A stretch of DNA of 64,000 bases from Planctomycetota bacterium (GTDB taxonomy: Bacteria > Planctomycetota > UBA1135 > UBA2386), in assembly GCA_965228735.1 (NCBI GenBank), contig OZ245838.1, forward strand, positions 2,464,001 through 2,528,000, written 5' to 3'. Of the stretch, positions 49,502-58,960 are shown in pieces. Every line of letters begins with the position of its first letter. The stretch's first letter is position 1. The notes under the pieces are model-generated. The model was not told the DNA's origin. It did not search any database and was given only the letters and a program-made list of their open reading frames with translations. Made by a program: the position numbers and the translations under genes.

Positions 49502-51823
49502 ATGAGTCATCAGAATCAGCTCTCCGCCGCGGTCACCGCGGCTCTCGGCCTGGCGCTCGCCGCGACCGCCCAGGACACCATCCCCGGCAACGAGGATCGC
49601 AGCGATCTGCAGCGCTCGCTGGAGGCGCCCGCGATCGTGCAGTCCGACACGCGCGTGCCGATCCACACCGGCGAGCCCGACGGCGGCCAGCCGTACGGCA
49701 TCTGGGGTGTCGGCAACGCCTACAAGGCGTCGTTCCACGATGGCGCGACGTTCGTGCCGTACCTCGGCAAGGACTACCCGCACAACCAGCCGCTCACGTG
49801 GCGCACGGTCTCGGCGAGCGTCGGCGCGCTCGAACTCGCGACGCAGAAGCCCGAACTGAGCTACACCGACTACCGCGCCGAGTACGACCTCGGCGGCATC
49901 ACGGAGGCCTACGACATCCGGGCGGACGGCCTCGAGCAGACGTTCGTCATCAGCAGCCGGCCGGCCGCCGGTGGCGACCTCGTGATCCGCGGCCGGCTCG
50001 ACACGATGCTGACGGCGAAGAACCGCGGCCTGCTGCACGACGAGATCCTGTTCCACGATGCCGCGGGCACGCCGATCCTGACCTACGGCGCCGCCACCGC
50101 GATCGACGGCAACGGCGACATGCTGCCCATGACGTCGGCCTACGACAACGGCACGATCACGCTGCGCCTCGACGGCCAGTGGCTCGAGGCCGCGCGCTTC
50201 CCCGTGGTCGTCGACCCGCTGCTCGGCGTCGTGAACACCGTGTTCGACTTGACGGTCGAGGACATGGACGTCATGCGCGACTCGTTCGGCACGAGCGGCA
50301 ACAACTGGCGCGCCGCCGCGCGCTGGACGTCGGCCAACGACGCCGACGCCTACCTGCGGCGCTTCAACGACGACGGCTCGGGCGACACCCCCGTGTGGAG
50401 TGACGTCAGCACCTGGTCGACGTCCGAGGTCAGCCTCGGTCAGCACCGGGACCGCGCCGTCATCCTGCTCGCGGTCACGCGCGACCTGAGCAACGGCGAT
50501 CGTCGCCTGCGCCTCCACCGGCGCGCGCGCGGCGACTTCTCGCACAACTCCAACACCGTGCTCGTGAACAACATCCCCGAGCAGGTCCAGCGCCCCGACG
50601 TCGCGAGCGACACCTGGGCGTTCGCGCCCGACTACCTGGTCATCGTCTACCAGGCCGAGAACCTCAACTCGTTCGGCCAGAGCACGACGAGCCAGATCTG
50701 GGGCATCCCGATCGGACTCGGGATCACCGGCACGACGACGCCCGGCAACCCGTTCCTGATCTCGGCGGGTCTCTTCGAGGACCACGAACGGCCGCAGATC
50801 GGCAAGGTCCGCGGCACGGGTCAGGTCTGGACCGTCGCCTACCAGGTCATCGGCAGCAACCCGCTGTTCAGCAGTCACACCGACTGGGACGTCGAGATGG
50901 TCCGCGTCGACCGCAACGGCAACGTCACGGCGCCGAAGACCTTCGGCCAGGGCAACGGCTGGCACGAGATGTCGCCGATGCTCGCGGGCTACGAGGACGA
51001 TCACTTCCTCGCGTGGGCCGAGTCGTCCGTCGCCGTCGCCGGCAGCAAGCCGAGCCATGCTCGCGGCATGAACCTGCGGACATCGCGGCAGCTGTGGAAC
51101 GGCAGCACCTGGACGCAGCCGCACGCGAGCTACCGCCACGTGCCCAACAACGACCCGCGCGCCGTCCTCACGGGGTTCGACCTCGACACCCGCACGGGCA
51201 GCCACGCGGTGATGGCCTACCGCAGCACGGTGACGAACAACGTCTATGTCCGTTCGATCGGCTACCGCGGTCACCTGCTGCGGCAGGAGACCGTCTACAA
51301 CCCGCCGGGCCTGACGACGAGCATCAGCGGCGCCGTCGCCTACGACGACGACAACGACTACTTCCTCGTCGGCTACGCCGCCAACGAGAACAGCGGCAGC
51401 GCCTACACCTACGTCGATCGCTTCGCGCATCCGACGGAGCCGATGCCGGTCACCGCTGGCCTGGGCTGCTCGACGGCGTCGCTGTCGTGGGACGGCTCGA
51501 TGCTGATCGGCGACGAGGGCTCGCGGCTCGTGCTCAGCGGCCTGCCGAACGGCGCGCTGTCGACGATCCTCGTCGGCACGCAGCAGTTCAGCGCGCTGCT
51601 CAACGTCGCGCCGGTCCACCCGGGCTGCTGGCTGCTCGTCCCGAACACCGGCCCCGCCGCGATCGGCACGCTGCCGTTCGGGTTCGGCCCGGAGATCAGC
51701 TACCAGGTCGACCTGCCCGAGTGGCTCGACCCGACGACCCTGCACTTCCAGGGCGTGCACTTCGACGCCGGCGCGACCGAGGTCTTCACGACCCAGCGCC
51801 TGTCGGTCACGTTCGTGAAGTAG
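49502..51823 (+). CDS. Secreted protein: shared N-terminal domain, beta-repeat core and divergent CTD
   Basis: Signal peptide ending ATA-Q; YKASFHDGATFVPYLG, EAYDIRADGLEQTFVI, GGDLVIR, FPVVVDPLLG; CTD GLGC...PGC...HFQG...TTQRLSVTFVK. Confidence 0.82.
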   Translation: MSHQNQLSAAVTAALGLALAATAQDTIPGNEDRSDLQRSLEAPAIVQSDTRVPIHTGEPDGGQPYGIWGVGNAYKASFHDGATFVPYLGKDYPHNQPLTWRTVSASVGALELATQKPELSYTDYRAEYDLGGITEAYDIRADGLEQTFVISSRPAAGGDLVIRGRLDTMLTAKNRGLLHDEILFHDAAGTPILTYGAATAIDGNGDMLPMTSAYDNGTITLRLDGQWLEAARFPVVVDPLLGVVNTVFDLTVEDMDVMRDSFGTSGNNWRAAARWTSANDADAYLRRFNDDGSGDTPVWSDVSTWSTSEVSLGQHRDRAVILLAVTRDLSNGDRRLRLHRRARGDFSHNSNTVLVNNIPEQVQRPDVASDTWAFAPDYLVIVYQAENLNSFGQSTTSQIWGIPIGLGITGTTTPGNPFLISAGLFEDHERPQIGKVRGTGQVWTVAYQVIGSNPLFSSHTDWDVEMVRVDRNGNVTAPKTFGQGNGWHEMSPMLAGYEDDHFLAWAESSVAVAGSKPSHARGMNLRTSRQLWNGSTWTQPHASYRHVPNNDPRAVLTGFDLDTRTGSHAVMAYRSTVTNNVYVRSIGYRGHLLRQETVYNPPGLTTSISGAVAYDDDNDYFLVGYAANENSGSAYTYVDRFAHPTEPMPVTAGLGCSTASLSWDGSMLIGDEGSRLVLSGLPNGALSTILVGTQQFSALLNVAPVHPGCWLLVPNTGPAAIGTLPFGFGPEISYQVDLPEWLDPTTLHFQGVHFDAGATEVFTTQRLSVTFVK

Positions 51824-51883
51824 TCAGCACCCCGACCCCTGCCCAGGGAACGCCCGACCCGGCCGGGCCATCGGCCGCCGGGT

Positions 51884-51919
51884 CGCGGGCCGCGCCGTCG
51901 CGGCCCGCGCGGGTTTTCT
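51884..51919 (+). terminator. Candidate intrinsic terminator after the 49502 gene
   Basis: Perfect 11-bp stem CGCGGGCCGCG-ccgt-CGCGGCCCGCG followed by CGGGTTTTCT; the T tract is short and offset. Confidence 0.45.
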
Positions 51920-51997
51920 GCACCCAATCTGTCGTTCTCACGGCTCCCCGACCACTGGTTGTAGAGCCAGCACGGAACCAGATTCGGACGAACCAAC

Positions 51998-53647
51998 ATG
52001 CAGACCCAATTCGCGGCCATCGTGGCCCTCACTGCCTGCAGCAGCGTCATCGCGCAGTGCACCCAGCAGGTGACCACGCCCCCCAACTTCGCGTCGAACA
52101 ACGCCGGCGCGGTCGGGGGGATGGTGTTCTTCACGCTCGACGTGACAGCGGCGAACGGGATCCGCATCTGCAGCATCGACGTGCACACGAACGCCACCGG
52201 TCCGATCGGCGGCACGGTCCAGGTCCACCGGTCGCTCACCGACTGGCAACAGCTCACGGGTACGACCAACACGCCCACGAGCTGGTGCACGGTCGGGTGC
52301 CTGACCGGCACCGGGAACGGCGACGGCACGCCGTCGTCGCTGGCCGTCGTCAGCGGCAGCGGCACGATCGATCTGCCGAACGGCCAGTACCTGGTCGCGA
52401 TCGGCAACGGCAGCTTCGGCCACGCCTACACGAACGGGACTCCGGCGAACGGCTACGTCAACGACGGCAACGTGGCGTTCGACGCCGGTCGGGCCGCGAA
52501 CGCCCCGTACACGGGATCGTTGCTGGGGCCGCGGATCTTCAACGGCACGTTCCACTACGACGTGCCGGCGGCGCCGATTACGACTTCACCGTGCGGCCAG
52601 ACCTGTGTGCCGGCAGCCGTCTCGGCGCGCGGCACCGGCTGCGGCGGCGCCCCGGTGACGGTCGCCGAGCAGTTCGAGTTCGCCAACGCCTGGGACCTCA
52701 CGGACCCGAGCACCGGCGCCACGACCGACCTCCGGTTCACCGGTTCCGGCGGCCGCGTCACGGTCGCACCCGTCCCTGGCAGCCCGATCGTCCCGCCCGT
52801 GAGCGCGGACCTCGGTCTCGGCGACGACGCGAGTTCGCCGCTGATCCCGCTCGGCTTCGACCTCGGCGCGTTCGGGCTGTGTGCCGACGCGATCTCCGTG
52901 CAGAGCAACGGCTGCATCTGGCTCGGCCACGTCGGCAGCGGCGACTTCTCGCACTCGCTCACCGAGCTCGAGAGCGAGGGCGCGCGCGTCTGCGCGTTCT
53001 GGACCGACCTGCGGCCGCTGGCCGGCGGCGGCGGCGGCACGGTCCACGTGGATCAGACACCGACCGAGACGCTCGTGACCTACGACCAGGTCTTCCTCTG
53101 GGGCACGTTCGTGCCGCTGACGTTCCAGGTCTCGATCACGGCGAGCGCGATCACCTGTCGCTACGACGGCACATCCGTGTTCCCGAGCTTCGGGATCGTC
53201 GGGTTGCACAACGGCACGCCGAACACCGGCACGGGGTCGACCGACCTGTCGGGTGGCGCCGGCCCGATCGGCCCCGGCAACCCCCATCTGACGCTCAGCC
53301 GCCGGACCAACCCGCTGGTCGGCGGCACGTTCGACCTCGAGCTCCGGGGCATTCCCACCGGCGGCATCGGCGCCGTGCTCGCGATCATCGGCAACACCCT
53401 CGCCCCGGCGATCCAACCGTCACCGCCGTTCGCCCCCGGCTGTGCCACCTATCTGCCGTTCAACGCGGTGAGCCTCGGCATCACGTTCAATGCGAACCTG
53501 TGCACCACCTACCCGTACTCGCTGCAGATCCCGGCGGACCCGATGTGGCTCGGCCTGCCGTACGCGCTGCAGGGCGCGGCCCTCGACGTGAGCGCCAACC
53601 GCTTCGTCGTCAGCAACGCCCTCGACGCGGTGATCGGCAACTTCTGA
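51998..53647 (+). CDS. Secreted protein with an N-terminal beta domain, a nidogen/NIDO-like domain and the shared CTD
   Basis: Signal peptide ending VIA-Q; LGDD...PLGF...VQSNGCIWLG...AFWTDLRP...TFQV; CTD PLVGG...PGC...IPADPMWLG...LQ...SNALDAVIGNF. Confidence 0.75.
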   Translation: MQTQFAAIVALTACSSVIAQCTQQVTTPPNFASNNAGAVGGMVFFTLDVTAANGIRICSIDVHTNATGPIGGTVQVHRSLTDWQQLTGTTNTPTSWCTVGCLTGTGNGDGTPSSLAVVSGSGTIDLPNGQYLVAIGNGSFGHAYTNGTPANGYVNDGNVAFDAGRAANAPYTGSLLGPRIFNGTFHYDVPAAPITTSPCGQTCVPAAVSARGTGCGGAPVTVAEQFEFANAWDLTDPSTGATTDLRFTGSGGRVTVAPVPGSPIVPPVSADLGLGDDASSPLIPLGFDLGAFGLCADAISVQSNGCIWLGHVGSGDFSHSLTELESEGARVCAFWTDLRPLAGGGGGTVHVDQTPTETLVTYDQVFLWGTFVPLTFQVSITASAITCRYDGTSVFPSFGIVGLHNGTPNTGTGSTDLSGGAGPIGPGNPHLTLSRRTNPLVGGTFDLELRGIPTGGIGAVLAIIGNTLAPAIQPSPPFAPGCATYLPFNAVSLGITFNANLCTTYPYSLQIPADPMWLGLPYALQGAALDVSANRFVVSNALDAVIGNF

Positions 53648-53802
53648 CGCCATCGACCGGACCGCGGCGCCCGGCCGCATCGGCCTGCAGCGGCCTCATC
53701 CTCTGGCGTTCGCCGTTCGGGTGAACGCTCCGCGACACCGCCGGAATCCTCGAGTCGGGCGAGCATCGCCACGGCTCACGGCACTGGTCCTGATGCACCA
53801 GC

Positions 53803-55044
53803 ATGACCAGACCGATCACTCCCCACGCGCCGGGCCTCCCGTGGCGGGCGCGCTTCACCCGGGCCGGCACGATATCGGTCCTCATCGGCATCGCTGCGTC
53901 GTGCTCCGGCGGCAGCGGGGCCGGAACGATCGACGAGCACTGCGGCAACGACCTCGGCAACGGCAACGAGATCATCGCGGGCCCCGCCGCGCCCACCGAT
54001 CCGTTCGGCGATCAGGTGTTCCGCTCGCTGACGATCGACCCGACGGATGCGAACACGGTCTACCTCGGCACCGAGGAGAACGGCATCGTCAAGTCCACCG
54101 ACGGTGGCACGACGTGGCAGCGGTTGCGACAAGGACTGCGCCACAGCGGCGTGTCGTATCCCGAAATCTACGATCTCTGCGTGTCGCCGCTCGACACCAG
54201 CATCGTCATCGTGGCCACGACGGACTCACCGGGGCCGATCACGGGCTCGCATCCGAGTGCCATTGCCGGCATCTACCGCAGCGTCGACGGCGGGCTGTCG
54301 TTCGCGCGCGGCAACTGCGGGTTGTCCAACTCGTCGATCGCCGCGGTGCGATTCGACCCCGTCGACCCGGGCCAGGTGACGGCGTTCGTGAGCGCGGGCA
54401 CGGCGACGTTCAGCGGGCTGGCTGGCCAGTTCTTCGCCGGCGGACCGTTCTGGAGCGCAGATCTCGGAAGTACGTGGACGGCGGCGTCGGCCCCGGCCGG
54501 CGCCGAAACCAACCGCTATCCCGTCGTGGTCGCGAGCACGGCAGCGATGTTCACGTTCGGACTGGCCTGGGACTCTGCCGCGACCAACCTCGGGTTCCTG
54601 CGGAGCACCGACGCCGGCCGTTCGTGGCAGGCCTTCGCGCCATCGCAGCGAGCGCGGCACATCACCGAGTTCGACGTCTCGAGCGATGGGATGACGATCG
54701 TCGCGAACGAGCTCGACGCGTTCGAGATGCTGCGTTCGCGCGACGGCGGTTCGACCTGGGACACGCTGTCGATCGGCGGCAACGGCCCGATCGCGATCTC
54801 GCCGGCTGATGCCGATGTGGTGCTCTACGACGACAACGGGACGCTGCGACGGTCGACCGACGGCCTCGGATCCGTGGTCGTCGTGCTCGCATCGACGCGA
54901 CGCTTCGACGACCTCGAGTTCGCGCCGTCCGATCCCGACATCATCTACGCCGCCACGGAGGGCTACGATCTGTGGCGCAGCGCGGACGCTGGCGCCACCT
55001 GGACGTTGACCGCGAACCTGCGCAGCGACGGGGTCCTCGATTGA
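53803..55044 (+). CDS. BNR/Asp-box beta-propeller protein, probable lipoprotein (no CTD)
   Basis: IGIAAS-C lipobox-like segment; repeated KSTDGGTTW, RSVDGG, RSTDAGRSW, RSRDGGSTW, RSADAGATW. Confidence 0.82.
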   Translation: MTRPITPHAPGLPWRARFTRAGTISVLIGIAASCSGGSGAGTIDEHCGNDLGNGNEIIAGPAAPTDPFGDQVFRSLTIDPTDANTVYLGTEENGIVKSTDGGTTWQRLRQGLRHSGVSYPEIYDLCVSPLDTSIVIVATTDSPGPITGSHPSAIAGIYRSVDGGLSFARGNCGLSNSSIAAVRFDPVDPGQVTAFVSAGTATFSGLAGQFFAGGPFWSADLGSTWTAASAPAGAETNRYPVVVASTAAMFTFGLAWDSAATNLGFLRSTDAGRSWQAFAPSQRARHITEFDVSSDGMTIVANELDAFEMLRSRDGGSTWDTLSIGGNGPIAISPADADVVLYDDNGTLRRSTDGLGSVVVVLASTRRFDDLEFAPSDPDIIYAATEGYDLWRSADAGATWTLTANLRSDGVLD

Positions 55045-55106
55045 CCGCGCCCACGAACCACTTCGGTTCGTTGCCCGCCGCCGACCGGCCAGCGCCGAGC
55101 CGACGG

Positions 55107-55187
55107 AGCAGTGAGTCGCCAAGGCATTGAAGTGCCGGGCCCAGTTGATTGCGGACCCAGTGAATTGCCGACCCAGTGAAATGGCGG
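55107..55187. repeat. Degenerate 16-bp tandem array, 5 copies (consensus nnCAGTGAATTGCCGA)
   Basis: Units at 55107, 55123, 55140, 55156 and 55172 in the intergenic region; the last three begin CCCAGT. Confidence 0.65.
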
Positions 55188-55423
55188 CGCGACGCAAACG
55201 GTTTCGGGGTGGACGGCGATCCCGCCGATCGCGAGCGGAAGGACCGATGCGACGGACGTTCGCAGCCAATGCACCCACCCCATCACGCCGGCTTCCGACG
55301 AGCAGCCTTGGCGAGATCCGTGCCCCATGGTATCGATCGTTGCGATAGACTGCTGCGGCATGCCCGAGCGTCACCCGCCGGACCGGCTCGGCTGAACTCT
55401 CTCCAACCTCCTTGCCTCACACC

Positions 55424-56392
55424 ATGACTCGCAACCTCGCTCTCTTCTGCAGCGCGCTCCTCGCGTTGCCGCTGTCCGCGCAAACCATCGCGGAGTACTC
55501 GTTCGACAACCCGGATCTCACGAGCTCGCAACCGGCGTTCGCCACGGTCTCGGATCTGACCGTGTCCAACACGTTCGTGTTCGGCGGCTCCAACCCGGAC
55601 CGCTGGCTCTGCCTCACGACGGCGTGGAACAACGGCGGCGGCACGCTGTCGTTCACCGTCACCCCCAACCCCGGCATCGTGCTCGACTACACCGAGCTGT
55701 CCTGGGACGCGGTGACGAACAACGCGAGCGTCAGTGATTCGGTGCGCGCGGCCGAAGTGCGCGCCAATGGCGTGATCCTCGGGGTCATCGATCCGTTGAC
55801 GCACCTCACGACCGAGAGTGTCGATCTGACGAACGAGCCGACCCTGCAGGGCTCAACCGTTCCGGTGACGTTCGAGATCGACTTCGTCGGCAACCCGAAC
55901 GGTCAGAGCTCCTACGAGATCGGCGCGCTCCGCCTGCTCGGCGGCCTGTGCACGACCTCGTGCTGCCCGCTCGCGGCGATCGTCGAGAACCTCGGCAGCG
56001 GCTGTGCCCCGAGCGGCATCACCGTGCCGGCGCTCACCGGCGTGACGCTGCCCATGATCGGCAACGACCTCGACGTCCAGATCGACAGCCCGAGCACGCC
56101 GTCGGGCCTCTCGCTGCTGGCCTTCGGGTTCAGCTCGACGTTCAACAGCGTGTTCAACATGCCGTTGCCGCTGCCGCTCGGCCAGTTCGGGTTCCCGGGC
56201 TGCACGCTCTACACGAGCAGCGAGTTCCTGACGTCGGTCATGCTCGACGGCAACGGCTCCGGCCAGTTCACGCTCACCTTCCCGCCGTCGGCCAAGTGGT
56301 GCGGCGCGGAGATCACGTTCCAGGCGTTCGGCCTCACGAGCAGCAACGAGGTCGTGACGAGCCAGGGCCTGCGGAACGTCGTCGGCAGCTGA
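55424..56392 (+). CDS. Secreted protein with an N-terminal beta-sandwich-like domain and the shared CTD
   Basis: Signal peptide ending LSA-Q; CTD LGSGC...PAL...PMIG...FPGCTLY...FQA...SQGLRNVVGS. Confidence 0.8.
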   Translation: MTRNLALFCSALLALPLSAQTIAEYSFDNPDLTSSQPAFATVSDLTVSNTFVFGGSNPDRWLCLTTAWNNGGGTLSFTVTPNPGIVLDYTELSWDAVTNNASVSDSVRAAEVRANGVILGVIDPLTHLTTESVDLTNEPTLQGSTVPVTFEIDFVGNPNGQSSYEIGALRLLGGLCTTSCCPLAAIVENLGSGCAPSGITVPALTGVTLPMIGNDLDVQIDSPSTPSGLSLLAFGFSSTFNSVFNMPLPLPLGQFGFPGCTLYTSSEFLTSVMLDGNGSGQFTLTFPPSAKWCGAEITFQAFGLTSSNEVVTSQGLRNVVGS

Positions 56393-56461
56393 GCGGTCGA
56401 CCGGCGCTTCGGCGGGCGGCCCCCGCCGGCGCCGCGCGGACGGCCAGGGGCGTTGCGTTGC

Positions 56462-58906
56462 TCACCGCGCGCGTTGCCACCGGATCGCCCGCCGCTCGGT
56501 TGCGGGATCGAGGCTGTCGACCACGAGTTCGGCCGTGTAGCGCGCGCCGCTCGCGCCGACTGCCGTGAAGCGAAAACGCCCGACGTCGAGCCACGGCATC
56601 CAGTCGTCGTGCTCCTGGCCAGGTTCGAGTTCGAAGTCGAGAACTTCCGAGCCATCGGCCGCGAGCATCCGCCCGACCAACGGCGCATCGTCCGCGACGG
56701 CGAAGACGCGGATCGGCACCCGCACCGCCGGCCGCAACACGAACGATCGCCGCGCCGTCTCGCCAGCGGCTACGACCATCGTCGTCGCGGGCCAACGGAA
56801 CCCGGTGCCGTAGACGGTGACGCCCCATGTTCCCGGCAGCACGGGCATCTCGCCGCGACCGGCCGCGTCCAGACGCAGCCCCATCGTCTGACCGGTCCCG
56901 CTGATCTCCGCGAGCACCTCGCCCGCCGGGACACCGGGCAGCCGCTCGACCTCGATCGCGATCGCACCGGCGACCGGCCACGCAACGTCGCCGAGATCGC
57001 GGGTCGAACCGGCGAGGAGCCCGGGCACCGCGCGCTCGAAGCGCAATCGGTCCGGCCGGGTGAACTCGATGCGGTAGTCGCCGGACAGCAGCGGCCCGAG
57101 CCGCAGGTCGCCGATTGCGTCGTCGCGCTCCGCGATCGGCAGCGTCGAACCGCCGTGCAGCTCGCGGTTCTCACCCGAGACCGCGATCGACACGTCGCGC
57201 AGCGCCGGGCGACCGTCCCCGTCCACGAGCCGCAGGGCCACGAACGCCGACGCCCGCCGCTCGTCGGGCATCACGATCGTCAGCTCGCGGGCGGCCGCGC
57301 GCACCGCCGACAGTTCCGGCAACCGGATCGGCTGGTGGCGGTCGGGTTCGAAGAGCGTCAGCGCGTACGGACGCCCGGGCTGGAGGCCGAGCGCGAAGCG
57401 CCCTTCGGCGTCCGTCTCACCGCGCTGCCGATCGACCCGATACCCTGGCAGATCGTGGATTGCTTCGAGCCGCACGCCCGCCAACGGCTGCTGGCGTTCG
57501 TCCACGACGATGCCGCGCTGCATCGCGAGCGCCGGCAGCTCGATGGCGAGCTCCGCCACCGTGCCGGCGCGAACATCGACGCCGCCGGCGGCCGCGCCGT
57601 GGCCATCGCGGCGCGCGCTCCATTCCGCGCGGCCCGCGGGCAGCCCGGGGAACGCGAAGCGACCGTCGGCCGCGGTCACGGCCTGCAGCCGCTCGCGCAG
57701 CATCCGCAGTCGCACGGTGGCCTCGGCGATCGGCGACCCGCTGTCGTCCCGCACCAGGCCGCGAACCTCGCCCGCGACCCCGAGCTGCACTTCGACGACC
57801 TGCCGGGTTTCTTCGCCGACCGAGAACTCGACCTGCCGGGCGCCGAATCCTGCCGCCCGCACATGGGCCGTGTAACGACCGGCCGCCAGGCGCGCGAAGC
57901 GGGCGCGGCCCGCTCCCGTCTTGCGCCACGTCGTGAACGGCGTCGCGCGCGTCGGGCCGATGCGCCGCGAGCCCGGCGGCTCGAGCGGCCGCACGAGGAT
58001 GTCGGCCCCAGCGATGCCCTGCCGCTCCTGATCGATGACCGCAACGACCACGGTGGTGCCGAGACGGTCGACGGTCAGCTCGACGATCGGCGCCGCGGCC
58101 GCCGCGGCTTCTCCCGACCCGGTCTCTCGCGGCCCGTCCTCTCGCGGCCCCTCGTCTCGCGGCTTCGGGATCATCCGCGCGAGCGAGTTGCCGTACGCCA
58201 CCGAGGCCGCCATCACCCACGACCGATGCGCATGGACCGACGGCAGCCCGGTCAACCGCAGCTCGCCGGTCGCGTCCGTCACCCCGACGAGCGTGCCGGG
58301 CTCGTGATGCGGGACGTCGAGCATGCGTCCCGCGGGCCATAGGTACACGGGCACGGCAGGCACGGGCACTCCCGCGTCATCGACGACGCGAACGCGAGCG
58401 CGATCACCCACCGGAATCGCGATCGTGAGTTCCGTCGCTGCACCCGGCCGAACGATCGCCCGGCGCTCCACCCCGGCAACGAGCACGGCCCAGGCGCCAA
58501 CCAAGAGCTCGGGGAACCGGGCGTGCCCTTCGCCGTTCGTCGCGGCCCGCTGCCGACTCGACACCAACGGCTCACCGGCGCGCGCGTGGATCACGACCGG
58601 AACGCCGGGCGCCGGCGCGGCCGCCACCGTCACGGTGACCGCGAGCTCGCCGCGAGGCACCTCGCCGGGCGGCGCCATGGCCGCGGACTCGACGTTCTGC
58701 CGCTGCGGCTCGGACCGCGGCGCCGACGCGACCTCGCCGGCGTCCGGCCCAGTAGGCGACCCGGCGGGCGGCGCCGCGATCGCGGGGCCAGTCTCGGACG
58801 CAGCACCCGTGGGGCGGACGTCGAGAGCCGGGTCGCCCCACGTCCACGCGATCAGCGCCACGATCGCGAGGCCGAGCAGGGCGAGGACGACGAGACCGAG
58901 GCGCAC
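56462..58906 (-). CDS. Membrane-anchored protein with tandem carboxypeptidase-regulatory-like repeats
   Basis: N-terminal TM (LVVLALLGLAIVALIAW), Pro/Ala linker, repeats VVDDAGVPV, GLVRDDSGSPIAEATV, GIVVDERQQPLAG, TDAEGRF. Confidence 0.8.
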   Translation of the reverse strand: MRLGLVVLALLGLAIVALIAWTWGDPALDVRPTGAASETGPAIAAPPAGSPTGPDAGEVASAPRSEPQRQNVESAAMAPPGEVPRGELAVTVTVAAAPAPGVPVVIHARAGEPLVSSRQRAATNGEGHARFPELLVGAWAVLVAGVERRAIVRPGAATELTIAIPVGDRARVRVVDDAGVPVPAVPVYLWPAGRMLDVPHHEPGTLVGVTDATGELRLTGLPSVHAHRSWVMAASVAYGNSLARMIPKPRDEGPREDGPRETGSGEAAAAAAPIVELTVDRLGTTVVVAVIDQERQGIAGADILVRPLEPPGSRRIGPTRATPFTTWRKTGAGRARFARLAAGRYTAHVRAAGFGARQVEFSVGEETRQVVEVQLGVAGEVRGLVRDDSGSPIAEATVRLRMLRERLQAVTAADGRFAFPGLPAGRAEWSARRDGHGAAAGGVDVRAGTVAELAIELPALAMQRGIVVDERQQPLAGVRLEAIHDLPGYRVDRQRGETDAEGRFALGLQPGRPYALTLFEPDRHQPIRLPELSAVRAAARELTIVMPDERRASAFVALRLVDGDGRPALRDVSIAVSGENRELHGGSTLPIAERDDAIGDLRLGPLLSGDYRIEFTRPDRLRFERAVPGLLAGSTRDLGDVAWPVAGAIAIEVERLPGVPAGEVLAEISGTGQTMGLRLDAAGRGEMPVLPGTWGVTVYGTGFRWPATTMVVAAGETARRSFVLRPAVRVPIRVFAVADDAPLVGRMLAADGSEVLDFELEPGQEHDDWMPWLDVGRFRFTAVGASGARYTAELVVDSLDPATERRAIRWQRAR

Positions 58907-58960
58907 ACCGGCAATGAACCGCTCGGCGCCCCCGGCGTCAGTTGCGAACCGCCGAATCGC

